Of a stretch of 64,000 nucleotides of DNA, positions 1 through 13,877 are shown one piece after another. Source of the DNA: Oopsacas minuta (taxonomy: Eukaryota > Animalia > Porifera); contig JAKMXF010000009.1 in assembly GCA_024704765.1 (NCBI GenBank), positions 45,803-109,802 on the forward strand. Reading direction: 5' to 3'. Numbering within the stretch: the stretch's first letter is position 1; each line of letters begins with the position of its first letter. The notes below the pieces were generated by a model that made no database searches, was not told where the DNA came from, and was given only the letters and a program-made list of their open reading frames with translations. The translations under genes and the position numbers were made by a program.

Positions 1-3000
1 GAATGTGTTAAATTAGTATAGGAGATCCACAGGTGAAAAGGTTGGGATACGTTGCGCGCTGTTCGATGTGAGTCTACACACAGCTACAGTAGTTTATCAT
101 TACCAGAATCTTACTTTAACGACTATGCTGAGTCCGAATGTGGTATTGTAAAAAACATCTATATTATTAAAAAATTAAGAAACAACAACCTATTTGTTTT
201 TTGGGTATTATTTGCTGATTAAAATCAGATTAACTTATTAGCGTCTAATTGAGCGGAGTATGATTTTAACCAAAAAAGATAAACATTTCTAAAACTTGTT
301 TATGGTCCTGTCTCTATTAAAATGGCGAAAATAATAAAATTTCAATTACCCAATTTTACAATGTTTGTAACCGAGTATAATCAATGGAATAAAATTACAA
401 TATTTTAGGATAATACCACAAACTATTTGACTACATCTGTAGCTACATATGAGACCCTGTTGATGAGAAAATTTTTACTGTTGTATCTGCTCCACATGAT
501 CAGGGGTTATACAGTAATTCTGGATAGGTACTCTTTCTAACAGGGACTCTCCTGAGCTTTTTGGACAGTTATTTTGTACAAATTAGAGTCACACGGCCGG
601 CACTTTGCGCCCTTCATGGCTCATGAACTGGCACTATTAATGTCCACCAAAGTATGCGGGCGGGTGACGTTTCATTATCATTATCTCATCATTTTATGAT
701 GTTATCATAATAAAAAGTGACTAATTCATGGAAATTTTATATGACTCTACTTCCAGATACAGTCAACTTCCATTATATCGAAGAATGAAATGTACAAATA
801 CGTAAGATCCCAAACAGTCAAAGTAGCATACATTTCATCAATCATGTCCAACTCCGCTTGTATCAAAGATATTATCGCGTCCCTTGAGCTTCGATATGAA
901 GGGAGTTTGTACGTTAGGCTTTGTACACTAGTCAGTTAGTCGTCCTTGATATGGGCGGGTGGTGCTGAAATAAGTTTCTAACTAACAGTGGCCTTATGTA
1001 GTTGATAACTTCATGATCACTACTACCAATACAATAACAGACTCAACTATTACGTTTGTTTTTTCAGGTTCATGTTGAGTGTCATGTCACAACGTGGCAA
1101 AAGCTGCGTATAATGATCAGAGGAGTAGCTAGCATTTTCCCTTTTAAAAAGGGGTTGCTACTGGGGTTGCTGACAGTAGCCCTGTGGTTGCCTGCAACCA
1201 ATAGCAATCCCATAGCTAAGCCTATCATAATGATATTGATAGACAATGGTGCTACCGAGTTTTCTCTCGCCAAAAAACTTAGCGAAAGGACATTAATTAG
1301 ATTATTCATTATTAATCCAGGAAATTTGCTAGAATGCAAACTGAACTGACAAGGTTAAAATAGCAAAATAATGCTAAATATACAACGTTACCAAAATCAA
1401 CGAATTGTAACAATTAAAATCAGCATACTTATCCCTCTACGCCTGTACAGGTATTCAGTTCTGTAATTGTACAATATATATAATTAATACCTACTCGTCA
1501 GAGATAAATGTAGTGTAACATCATTTCTTTAATAGTCAGACTTAATGACTCCTGAGTTACTACACCGGAGGATATAGCCTAAGATAAAGTTAGCTGGCCT
1601 GGATACAAATACACACATTAAGAGTATTAAATAACACATGGAAACTTCAAGAGCTTACCACATTATGTTTTTACGAATATATGTGAAAAAGCATTTATAC
1701 ATCCCTAGCATATTTCCCTGAATAAGCACTGTTTGAATATGACAGAAATATGCAGGGAAGGAGGAAGGGAGATATTCAAGGCAATACTAAATTACCTGTA
1801 TATATTCATTCATTGGTCTGAGGCCCACTCGAAAATATCGTGTCGAATGGACACTACATGTTTGTTTGAGAGAAACGAAGTAATTCTTATCTGGGTTCCA
1901 CAATATTCCTATATGAAAGCCTGATATACTTATCCGTATTATGACACAATCAAGGAATACGGAGAGTATCATTTGATAGATCGAGTATCTATAACAATAG
2001 CAATGCTGTTAGTTGGTTTAGCAGCTGATATAGAATGAATTATACATAGATATATTCCCTTAATAATATAATCAATCAGGTAATAATTCACATGTACATG
2101 TAATAATGAGGTTAATAATACATATATACAAAACTTACTGAAAGATTGCACACAGCTGGAATATACCTCATTGTACTATTATGTAACTGTAATAAGCAGA
2201 AGATAGTGTAGCCTAAGGTAGATAATGTAACTGATAAATACAATGGATATTAGGATAAAATTTATGTACTGGTATGTATGTGAGTTAGTTTTAAAGAAAA
2301 CCCGAGGAACATCTCTAGTAATAGAACCCTCCCTGGAAAATTAATCTGAATAAAAAGACCCTGAGATATTTCTTATACCCTGCGTTAAATGAAGACTCTA
2401 TGCATAGGCTTAATACATGTATAAGCGACAGAGGCCCCACACTATCCCCAAAATGAGCGCTTTCCAAAAATCCTGTGGGAAACACTGGGCACCACCTATA
2501 AATTTCTTTGCGCCAGGTAGTGTGCTCCAATCAATGCGACTCCTGTCCGGCAGGACTATGCCAAGACTGGGTACGTCACTGGGGAAGCACTGTATATTAA
2601 ATAATACGATATGCTAACCAAACTTATACCTGAAGTTATTCCTTAGGAGATATAGATGCAGATCTATCCTGATTATTATGCCATAATGTTAGCTCTTCTA
2701 ATCGTTACCACTTCATAAAAAACAAACACTCGTTTTGAGGCAGTTTAGTGCGCTAAAACGTTAAGCACGAGTAAGACTTAACTGAAATAATAAGAATTAT
2801 ATTGTGTAAGTCAGGGCAGAATAGGACGTATTAGCGTATTAGAGAGCAAGTAAACACCAGTAAAATATATAATTATTAAAAATGTAAGGAATTGCTCGCT
2901 ACGATTTAGTAACTGAAAAGTTGTATGTTGTAACACAAACTGAATTAACCCAATAACAATCTCTTATAGCATTTGTAAGGTAATTATACTTTATAAGAAT

Positions 3001-3006
3001 GATAAG

Positions 3007-6000
3007 TTATGAAGTATTGCTTCTCTCTGGCTGAGAAAGTCGTAGGATTTTAACATCTACATTACTATTTATGTAAGATGTCATGTCTAGTGGTGTGAAG
3101 AATATAAATTGTCTATCAGGAAATTCAGCAGCAGTATTCATCATGAGATCAATGCTGATAGCTCTATTTACCATGTCCATGAATACGTCAAATTCATCAA
3201 GACACCGAAATGGAGATTCCATAGCTTCCCATAGAGACATGATGAAACATACAGTTGTGTAAGATCTCTCCCCTCCTGACAGGGTGCATGTATTGTGAGT
3301 ACCTCTTTTGTTTTGTCTGTTAGTAGTAACCTCTAGGTTTAATGTCTCTGATTTGGGATCGAAGCGAATACGACCTGAATAATTCCTCTTGCTGAGATGT
3401 TGTTGGAAGTAATGACTAGCCCTTATTATCATCATGTCCTGTAGCTCTTCATGCTTTTTCATTCGTATAGCTAGTGCTACACTCAACTTATTGAAAAGCC
3501 TAGACATTACCTTCATAGTATCTTTGTGTACTTTGTACTCTTCAATACGTTTAGTTAATTTCTGAGTGCATTCCTCACGACTCATTATTTGTGATTCTTG
3601 TTGTAATTGTATAGCTTTCTTGGTTTGCTTAATCACACTCTCCAATGTGGCTGAGTTTGATTCTGTGTCAATTCTCTCTCCACAGTTCCTCAAGGCCTCT
3701 GAAGCAAGTTGTTCAGCTTCATCGCGAAACTTCTCACAATTAGCTGCCTCCCCTCGTATAATATTCTCAAACTTCTCTCTCTTTTCTCGATAAAGTTCTA
3801 TGTGTGTTTTGACGTCATCTTTAAGGTTATCAATATCAATTAGTTTTTTCTTAAATGAATCCATTTCCTCTTTCAATACTTCCAATCGTTCATCTACCTG
3901 TTTCTTAGCATTTATTTTATCCTCCATTTCATTCTCAGCTGTCTTTAGAGATTGTGCTGTATCTCTAATCTGTAATTGATGCTGTTCTTCTTTATGCTTA
4001 GATTCCTGTAGAGCATTTTCAAAAGGTTCTATCTCTTCCTGCTGTTTCTGTTCCTCGTTAGTTTTAGCTATCAAATCTTCAATCTGTCTCTCAAGTGTTC
4101 TTTTGGTAGTATTCAATTTTCTAGATTGGCTATGTAGATCATTTTGACCAGTATTGACACGATTCAATTCAGATTTACAAGCTTCATACACTTCAGAAAG
4201 TTTCTCTCTTTCCACTTGTAGAGATTTTAATTCTCGTCTATAAGCATCAATACTCGTAGACACGTCTTCTTCCAGGTATTTTACTTTTTTCTCTCGATTC
4301 GAAAAAGCAGATCCCTTTCTCTGTATCTCATCCCCTGCTATAGTGTATGCAGTACTGCAGTTAGCAGGAGCATTCTTCCACATAACACTACGTGCTCTGT
4401 CATGCTGCTCTATTAGAATAGTAGATTCTATCTGTGCTGTATCTATCAGATAGTTCATAACATCTATATCTGGACAGGTTATCATATCGAAAATAGTAGG
4501 GAATTCACTACGTGCCTTGAATCTGCTTATATCATATGGTCTCCCTGAAAACTGAGTTGACACGATAGGAGGAGGCCTATCTCTACAGACCTCCTTCATC
4601 AATCTGTTTAGGAGCACTCTGTCATTCAAGTTATCGACTATAAAACTCTTCATAAGGCCTCCGATACCAGCTTCTACACCCAAGGCCCATTTCCTATCCT
4701 TTACAGCTAGAAAGGATCCAATTGGACCCTTAGGAGTACGTGAGAATGAACTAGAGTTAGTCCTGATCTTCTCCATTAAAGCAGGCATATATTCTCCATA
4801 GAGAGATAATTCGTTAGATTGACTCCGTAAGAGACGCTCAATACGGTTTTTGGTTTCAACTATTGTATGATCATTGTTAGATAGTTTATTTCTAAATCCT
4901 TCAAATCTGCTATTCAGTTTAGAAGATAGAGATTGATTCTGTTTTATTTCTTCTTCTATTTTTAATAATTTCTGCTCCACATTATTCTTATTTGTACTCA
5001 GTTCATCTTCCTCTCTCTTCCTCTCTTCCCAGACAGGAGTGAGATCTTTCTTTGCTCGCTCTTTCAGCTCTTTAATCTTCTTCTCAAAGAAAGAACACTC
5101 CTTCTTACAACTGGCAATATTCTGTTGTATTGCCTTAAGTTGGAGTCCTAACTCATTTCTACATTGCTTAGCAGCTGTTATAAGAGAATTAGCATTGCTA
5201 CATTCACTATGAACATCCTTAGCTTGATTACCAATAGCCTCGTATTCCTCTTTTGTCTTGTCAAATGATTTTGAGTGTTGATTCAAGCTAATTGTTGCAC
5301 TGTCAATTTCTTTATCACACTTTTCTAGTGCTTTCTCACACTTTTTGATCTTGTGCTCTATTGGGACCAGAAGGTTCTCTTTCTCCTTCACAAGAGCCCA
5401 GGCTTGTTCTCTGTATTTACTGGATAGTTTAGCTTCTAACGAAATAATACGACCCATCCCTACACAATTATTAATTAGTATTAAATAACTCTCAAAATCA
5501 AGTCAGCACATCAGAATAAACACACAGATACTTGTACTATAATATGATAGAATTGCGATAAGACACATATTCTATTTTGTTCCCTCAAGGGGACGGGGTA
5601 CATCTTTTCCAAATTCCACTAAACTCAGCCAAATTTGGGTATAGAAATTCCAGGAGGATGCGGTCGTGCACGCCAAAGAAGTTCTAGTTATGCCTATGCT
5701 ACGTATGTTTTTCTTCTAGTAGGTAATACAGTATTCAGTATTTTAGAAACATTTCCGAGACTACTTCCATCAAATTCTGGAGCACAAACTCAGGATAATA
5801 TGTAATAGCAAAGCAGAGGTTCCCAATCTATTTAGACCATGGATACCTTCCTTAACCACAATACTTCAATGATAGAAGATATTTAACTAACTTACCCTTG
5901 TATATGTTCTCCAGGTTCTTAATCTCATGCTCCATCTCAGCTGTAGAGTTAGACTTAGCAGCTATAACATACTTCAGCTTAGCTAGTGCCTGATCAATAT

Positions 6001-6733
6001 GATCATAATCCTGGCACATCTGTTCCAGGTGAGTAGCTTTCATGAATAGCTTATACATATTACCTGGATTATTAGAAGCCAAGAAGCTCCTACTGGTGTC
6101 CTGGTTAAGCATAGAGATCGGGTTCTCTATCTGGATGGAGAATTGCTCCAGAATACTATTCAGCTCATCTTTAGTTGTAGCTAATGTCTTCTTGTTATGA
6201 TCTTGTATTCTGTATGAGCTAGCTCCGTCAGGAGTTATACGTCTGATTACGTGTATACTCCTCCCGAACCTATCAGGTTGGTATGAATCATCTCCTGTAT
6301 TCTTTAATGTGATTTCTACCTGGGCATAAGATTGTCCCTTTTGTATGAAAGTCTTGATAGACGAACCTCTGTTAGTACACATAGCCCTTCCTCCCAGTCC
6401 CACGTATATAGCGCTCATTATTGCAGATTTCCCACTGCCATTCAAACCAAGGATTAGATTGACATTTTGTCCCAGTTCAACTTCTAACTTCTTATGACAC
6501 ATGAAATTAGTTAGACACAGTTTCTCCATAATTCCACACTCTCCTTCTACTGGTGTGCTAGAAGCAGCTATAAGAGATTTCATTCTTTTTGAAACGCTGC
6601 TACTCTCGCCAGAACGGCGTTTACTCCTGTTAGATTTGACAGGTCGTGGCTTAGGATCAACAGGTATGTTGTCAATCTCATTGTCAGTGTCTTCTTGAGA
6701 TAACTTAAACCGTTTTGATTCTCTGGCGTCCAT
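3007..6733 (-). CDS. SMC6: Structural maintenance of chromosomes protein 6; exons 5896-6733 and 3007-5459 (about 1096 aa)
   Basis: Walker A GLNGSGKS, long coiled coils with hinge, signature LSGGERS and Walker B CLDEFDVFMD (SMC5/6 type). A phase-1 GT-AG intron at 5460-5895 joins the two ORFs in frame. Confidence 0.96.
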
Positions 6734-6861
6734 TCTGATTAAATAGCTAATCAATAGTATTATATAATCAATTATGTAAACTGTAAAGTGTCCTTCCTGG
6801 AAGAATAACAACCCCTTCTGGTACAATATTCCACGTCAATAATATTTAGCAGAAATAAGTA

Positions 6862-6984
6862 CAGTGGAACCTGTATGAACAATACATATCATAGGTTTAG
6901 CAAATTGTCGGAAGCTATTTCAGATCAGAAACACTGTTGGATTATAGAGGGTTATAGAGTTGTCAGCTAATGCAGGTTTCACTG
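6862..6984. mobile_element. Short pogo/Tigger-like MITE
   Basis: Inverted ends cagtggaacctg / caggtttcactg flanked by TA; a related fragment lies at about 26930-27067. Confidence 0.55.
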
Positions 6985-8320
6985 TACTGATTACCCAACT
7001 CGTTATAACAGGACCGACGGAAATAATGTTTCGATGGTCCGGCAATTGCCTCCTCCCAACCTGCCTTACCGGGTGTAATCGCGTTTTAGGGACCCAGTGG
7101 CCAGTGATTTAAGGATCCCCGTCTCCGAAACTCTATCGACATATGGACCAATTCAGTGATATTCGGCCCTCTACCCGGCTACCCGTAGCATAGGCGTGGG
7201 AGTGGGTCCGGACCTTTATGGGCATAATTTGCTGGACCATTTTGAGTCTGTCCGGTTTTTAGCCGGACCATGACTTTTCTTGTTTTGATGAATTTTTACT
7301 TCGCACTATTGTATCCAAAGTATGGAAATAGTTTTCTAATTTTGTTAATCATTTTATTTCCATCGTTGTGAATCAATTTTTCGAACACTGAACACCGAAT
7401 GACTGTTTTTGGTACGTTTTCAAAACAGGACATGTAATCTAGTGTTTCTACTATGAGACTACTTTATATTTCCATGAATTACTTCCCAATGTTTTAACTG
7501 TACATTCATTGGACCATACAACCAAGGTTTGTTTCTATTTCTAGCCGGACCACTTTTTGAAGCAGTGCTACGCCACTACGTAAGTCACTCATATAAAACC
7601 TATAGGCTCATGAATATAGTTCTGTATATATTTGTTAAGAGTTTACCCAGATTCTTCCCTTGTGCCAGTTATAAACGCGTTTTATGTTACTCAGAGTATC
7701 TTTCTTGTGCTTGTTCAGATTTTTGACTGTATGTATTGTATCACTGCTCTCAGATGTCATCTCAGTAGATTTATTTTTGAGATTACGTATTTACAAACTG
7801 TTTGCAAATGCTAATACTGTATTAATACAAAGAAAGTCCTACTGTAACAACTTCAATTGTGCATCTAACAGGACATTCGGGCAACACATAAATCCTAAAA
7901 GCGAGCCCAACACAATCAAACAAAAATCCTGACTACAGTAATTAAGGATATAAGAAATATTTGTTTGTAAATAAACTGTTTTGCAAATAAGTATTTTGTC
8001 TATTTCCTGCGCTAGGAATTTTGTGCACAGAACCGGGGATCCTTAAAACACTAGTGATTTTGCCCCTCTCCCGTCCTTATATCGCTTTCAGTATTTTTTT
8101 CATCTATAATATTTCCAATTATACTTACATGTTTATGATGGTCTAATTACTATGTACACGTACTTAATGGCTAAAAATAGCATCAATCGACAGCAGAATA
8201 GATATCATAACACTATTACTAAGGACATTACATATGAATAACATAATAATATGCATAATGGTTTAATAAATTACAAATTGTGTTTGAATAAAAGAAAAAC
8301 AAACTATTAGTTCACTGATT

Positions 8321-9172
8321 ATGCAATTTCCAACAATTACCCAACTATACTCATTCAATGCACATTTTGAAGTTGAGATCTGGGGAATAAATCAAAGAAA
8401 TGGGTTACTTCTACTGTACGGATTTACACAACCAAACCATCAACAAATGTTCGCTCATCATGGAGTATTCGGTCAACCTCTACCTGCAAACAAAGTATAC
8501 TCTATCAAGATATTTACAGTAGACGGGTACCATGTAACTTCACTGGCAACAAAACAAATAAATTCCGTAAAGTGTGCAAAATTCACAGAGTATTTAATCT
8601 TATTTCGCAATGGTTTGGATGAACTGGTGCTATTTAATGATTTCCACTTCGAAATTAAACATAGAAATAAAATAATAGATCTTATAGATTGTGATGAAGA
8701 TGGGAATATTTATACAAATTGTGAAGAGAAAGATTCTATATCATTTTATACACAAGATCTCGAAATCAAAAGAAAAATCACCTTCAACAATTTTGGCAAA
8801 GGAAAACCCAATTCCCTAGCTATGAATAATGAAATTATGGTAATCTTAACCTCACGTAAAAACGCTCCTTTAATTGAGAACTTATATCAAATTCATATGT
8901 ATAGCCTATCAACATTAGAACACATTGAAACTGTTACATTAATTGCAAATTGGCATTATGAAGATTCCGAAATGTACATTGACAAACAAAACAATATTAT
9001 TATCATTAACAAATCTGGAATAACACTGTACTTTGATAAAGGAGAGTTTCGACATTATCAAATTGAGAAAGATCAAGAGGGGAAATGTGTATTCCTGGTG
9101 AGAGATTCACAGATAATACGAATTATGGAAGGTGGAGAACTAAGGATATACAATTTCTCTAATAATACATAG
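8321..9172 (+). CDS. Orphan single-exon 283-aa protein, probably a degenerate NHL-like beta-propeller
   Basis: Uninterrupted ORF in AT-rich DNA with repeated short beta-strand motifs (e.g. IDCDEDGNIY, MYIDKQNNIIII). Fold assignment is inference. Confidence 0.6.
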   Translation: MQFPTITQLYSFNAHFEVEIWGINQRNGLLLLYGFTQPNHQQMFAHHGVFGQPLPANKVYSIKIFTVDGYHVTSLATKQINSVKCAKFTEYLILFRNGLDELVLFNDFHFEIKHRNKIIDLIDCDEDGNIYTNCEEKDSISFYTQDLEIKRKITFNNFGKGKPNSLAMNNEIMVILTSRKNAPLIENLYQIHMYSLSTLEHIETVTLIANWHYEDSEMYIDKQNNIIIINKSGITLYFDKGEFRHYQIEKDQEGKCVFLVRDSQIIRIMEGGELRIYNFSNNT

Positions 9173-9370
9173 CACGTATATACCAATATCAGTTATTGAT
9201 AATTATAATAATTGCAGAGTTCTAATAACTATTCTAAAGTTGATTAACCTCAATCAAATTATATTTTTATGTGAATGCTGCATATTACCAACACTAATAG
9301 GGTTTAGGACAAATTCCAGTTATCCCTTAACGAGTTAGTTATCGTGTACAAATAGCGACATTTCTTCTCA

Positions 9371-10302
9371 TCAGAAAAAAGTAGGCCCCCTTAGTGATAG
9401 GCCCTGGGCAAGTTTCATATTTGCCCATTGATAAAGATGGAACTGTTTTATGATAGAATTCGAAAGAATTAGAGGAATCAAAGATTCATTTCCAAAATTA
9501 CCAATATGGATGGCTTTAAGATGAATTAGCTCTTCTCCCAACTCGTTTTGCGAAATATCATTCGGATAGCACATGGCTCCATTTACATCAGTAGTTGTTT
9601 TCGGAGTGAGATTCAAAGATAGTAACTGTTGTAGTGCCACTTTTAGACCAGATAAATGTGCTGCGAATGACCGCACACTGGCGACACGATCTATCCATCT
9701 TGTTCTGGACAAGCCATGTATAGAGCATGCTATGTAAAGTTGTAATATGTGCCATCGTTGAGGACTACTAGAGAATAGGTTGTAGATTGTTTGAATTATG
9801 CCAAAGTAGGTGACAGCCTCGGTGCAGCTTTCAGCAGAATCCGCTCCAAGCAGGTTTAATGATGGCAGGCATAAGGAGAATATAAACATAAGGGATTACT
9901 GTATTTATGTGCTCTCTTGAGCCCCATTGTATTTGCCAGACATATTTGCTGCATTGGCGTAGCCTTGTCCGTGACAATCAGCGATGGGTACTCCATATCC
10001 TTTAAGCGTTTCAAGGATTAAGTTGGTGATCTCGAACCCCGTTTTATGCCATCAACCAACAAAGCCAGAAAGCGTTTTTGCACTATGAAACCCTCATTCA
10101 CTCTTACCAGGTACCTAAGGATGTGTGTCGTTTGTTCTATGTGGGAAGCATCAGGGGTGGAATCAGCCATGATGGAGTAGTACTTTGCGCTCTCTCTTTC
10201 ATCCAAAACATATCTCCTAACATTAACAGCACAAGTAGTAATGAACTCGTTTTGAGATTCTGGTGAAAGGTAGTGAGCCCGTAATCCCTTTTTGTTGTCC
10301 AA
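9371..10302 (-). mobile_element. Decayed hAT transposase (ZMYM1-like/DUF4371 type)
   Basis: HYLSPESQNEFI, YYSIMADSTPDASH, CHGQGYANAANMSGKYNG and LSRTRW motifs spread over frameshifted frames. Confidence 0.8.
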
Positions 10303-10497
10303 CTTTGACTTTAGTGACCTCCAAGTAGAGAGATCTAAGCAATCTATATAAATACAAATAATTTATTTCGATATCAGAAATATAACTGTATATAATTTCA
10401 AACTAACATTTTTCACGATTGTCGCAATTTTCATGGCTACTCCCGTATTTACACCTGTAATGATGCCTACATCTTTTCCATTCGTCGATGAGATTTG

Positions 10498-11450
10498 ATT
10501 GAAGGAATTATTCTTAGGAATAACCATCAATCGTGAAAATTGTATCGATTGGTTGAGGGTTCACGGATTATTAGCAAGAAGTATGAGCAGGGGCGTCGGA
10601 AGTGGGGGGATGGGGGTTCTCATCCCTCCATGATTTAGACAGGGAGATAATCCCCCTTTAATTGTGAGTGAGTATTAAATTATTTTCGAATATATTGGAA
10701 CATTCTGCCGATTTAGGAGGGATATAATGTACAATAGTTTACACCCCGGATCGGCATTTTCGATACTTGTTTGAAAATAATTATAAACCAACTACGATGA
10801 GGGTTATCCCCTTGAGGGTATTATCTCCCCCTTCATAGTTTGTTTATAGTTATTTTCATATTATAATATTGTTGCCAGTTGGGAAGTTTTTCAACAGAAA
10901 CCTTACACATCCAGTCATTGGTTGAAGCCTGCTGGAGTTATCGGTACATCTTCGTATTATCTAGTTTTATATTTAGCACCTCACATGTATAGTAATACTT
11001 GACTACTAACAACAAAGCTTGTTAAATAGTAATTTCTTTTGTTTCATGACTGCTGATTACCAACTACACTAATAGTACATAAGCAATGAATATACTACAG
11101 TTTATGTTTTCAAAAATTACAAATGTCTTGGGAGATTGCCAAAGCTCGAAATAAGACTATCTAGATTACTAAATTGAGTGTTATTATTCATGCATTCATA
11201 TCATTAAATCCCCCATGAAATATCAGCTTCCGACGCCCCTGGGTATGAGATGTAAATGCGGGGAAACATGTCGGAAGGTGTATTTTCTAAGGTACACTAA
11301 GGGAGAGGTTGGAGATGTCCTGAAAAGGGTTGCAAGAAATTAGCATCCCTATGAGTAGGATCATTATTTGACGGATCCAATCTTCCTCTTACTCAGTGGT
11401 GGAATTTTTGTATTTTTGGGCAGAAGGACTACAAAGTACACATTTCTTAA
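10498..11450 (+). mobile_element. Merlin/IS1595-like transposase N-terminal remnant, split by a MITE
   Basis: Removing the MITE gives CIDWLRVHGLLARSMRCKCGETC, then after a frameshift WRCPEKGC...GSLFDGSNLPL, a zinc-ribbon pattern typical of ISXO2/Merlin transposases. Confidence 0.55.
10588..11241. mobile_element. hAT-type MITE, 654 bp
   Basis: Perfect 15-bp TIR caggggcgtcggaag / cttccgacgcccctg; 8-bp TSD agtatgag / ggtatgag (7 of 8 match). Confidence 0.85.
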
Positions 11451-12081
11451 TCCTAAATCTTAAGATGTATATTTTCAGGTTTTACTGATTTATCATTTGA
11501 CTAGCATTAATTTTGATTGTTTTCCTATAATCTATACATGGATCTGAGTAGCCATTACTTATTTTAATCTAAACTCTAGGTTACATATTATCCATAAATT
11601 CGGCTATTTACAAAAAGGTGTGAAAACATGGTTATTCAAATTTCGTATTAATCGTAGAGTTAAATATCGCAGTATCGTACTTCTCACTGATGTCACACGC
11701 CCTTCAATTCCATTGTCACATTTCCATAGCATACTTCCCAGTTGCCAACCATCCAGCAATTTCACTTTATATACAGGTAAATTTTCCATAGCATAGTAAT
11801 TAAACTACATACTATGCAGGCCTTTATCTCGGTGCGCGGGTTACCTAAATCTAGATGAAGCCCTGATACTATTCCATAGGTAGGAATGAGGTACTTCCAT
11901 CTTAACAAGAACAAATACTATTCTTTAGTCAATATTATTAATACCTAGGTTTATTAGTACGACAAGGAGAATAGCCCGTACCTTTTACTGCATTTATTAT
12001 TATAAGAGGAATTACTAGTTAATTTCCTACTACAGTTATACAATGATCTTATATCTCATTACTACAGCTTAATTGCCATAA

Positions 12082-13459
12082 ATGTCAGATTCAGATTCTA
12101 CAACATCCTCCCTCAATCTTCTCTCATCCTCAGCACCCCTTGTACCTACATCACACCTATTTAACCCTCTCTGCTTCCTGTCTCCATCTGACAGTACATA
12201 CAAACACGGTATAGATGCATTACGTATAACATACAATCTAGCTATATCACTACACACAGACATTGATACACGATTATCTCAGCTATATACTGAAGGGTTT
12301 GATCAGGAACAGATCTGGCAACAGCTGGAGCTTTGGAATGTACCCACCTGTCAGAACCTATCAGCTAGTGTACAGCAGCTACCTACAGCTGATATAAATA
12401 TTCTACCAGTTAATGGTGAGATTACTTCCGTAGCTTCTAGTCCGAACCATAGTCCAGTAATTGATAATGGAACTGCTGATGGTTTGAAGTATAAAGATTT
12501 TTTTCAAGAAAAATCCCCACAAAAACCTGATACTACAACTCAATCTAACTACTCACGTGTTAAAGGAAAGATACAGGCTCGTATTGAAGAGTTAGAAAGA
12601 GAGAACATGGCAGAGAAGGACTAGAAAATGTCAGGAGAGGTTCGTTCTAAGTCTAGACCGGATAACAGTTTGTTAGAGGGCTACATGGACCATCAGGCTT
12701 ATCCATCTACAGCTCTAATTAGTCATGAAGACACAGAGTTATTGGAAGATATGATATGTCGCAGAACTAGAAAGGAGCTATGGGATGATCCTGTCAGGCG
12801 TGAAAAACCGCAGGAGAAGCGATATAAGTATTCAGTACCTAAACAAATTGAAACACAGAAAAGTCAATTGGGATTAGCTGAAGTTTATGAACAGGAATTT
12901 ATGAAGAAAACTGACCCAGGATCTACAGCCTTACGCACAGAAGAGCAGGTTATTGAAGATGAAATTAAAAATATGATGAAAGAAGTATTCACTAAACTAG
13001 ATGCTCTATCTAACTTTAGATATACACCAAAACCATTCAAATATGAACCTATCGTTATAACTAATGTACCTGCTATACGTGTTGAAGAGGTGTTACCTTC
13101 CGTGAGTAGTGCATCTACTAGATTAGCCCCTGAGGAGATTTCTACTCCATCAAGCCAGGTTATATCACATATAGAACGTACAAGTGAAGATAAGAGAAAG
13201 TACAGAAGGCATAAGAAGCATGCTATGTCTCGTAAAATGGTACTACGTGCTCAGAAGCTAGTTAACAAGACTAATCCTGGCTTAGGGAATTCATACAGTA
13301 AGAGGAAATTAATACAAGTTTTGTCTGATGCAAAACATATGCAGGGACAACGGGAACAGCTGATACATGATGAGAGCTATGAAGAGAGATAAGAGTTTTA
13401 AGAGTTCTAAATCATTCTTTTCTAAGTTAGAAGCACAAACTAAGAAGCTCCAAATTTAA
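12082..13459 (+). pseudogene. MPHOSPH10: Disrupted intronless copy of U3 snoRNP protein MPP10
   Basis: LKYKDFF, GEV..RPDNSLLE, WDDPVR, LAEVYEQEF, KLDALSNF and LAPEE motifs. TAG at 12622-12624 stands in place of the conserved Trp. A frameshift near 13365 puts the C-terminal DKSFKSSKSFFSKL motif (13388-13459) in another frame. Confidence 0.85.
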
Positions 13460-13877
13460 CCATTTTCCAAGTGCTTCCCAGGATGATTTGTGACAGAGTT
13501 ACACATATTAATAGTTTAACTTTCTTCACTTAATTTTAGCCTACATTGGTAGTGATAGCGAGAACTTTTGCCATTTTCTATTGAAAATAGTCTCATTGTT
13601 TAGTTGATAATTTTAATTATTTCCACTGCTTATACTCTGACTTCGATAATTTCAAGTGTTTCCCCTTACTTTGGGACAATCATCACACTTATTCCGTCAA
13701 TAATATCTCCTGCCATTATTTAACCATTCAATAATCTAATTTCCTAACCAATGAATCTAAATTAACTCTTAACTGTTGTATTCCCAATCCAATCGACACC
13801 TGATTAATCTTACTGATTCCATTCTAATTAACAATACTATTATCATAATTATAAAGAGTGTCAAAAGAGGGGATTGC

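Noticed and set aside
8321-9172. Beta-propeller-like ORF as a RAG2-like partner of the RAG1-like element
   Set aside because: It is convergent but lies about 4.7 kb outside the left TIR, with no Kelch GG/Y/W pattern and no PHD finger. Only about 330 bp separates the transposase stop from the TIR. The same applies to the 313-aa ORF outside the right end.
12622-12624. TAG reassigned to Trp (also seen at a Trp position in the Ig remnant)
   Set aside because: Both genes have other disabling lesions, TGG>TAG is a single transition, and the 8321-9172 ORF ends in TAG.
13500-13850. Possible coding remnant between MPP10 and the Transib end
   Set aside because: The minus-strand frames I translated contain frequent stops and no recognisable motif.
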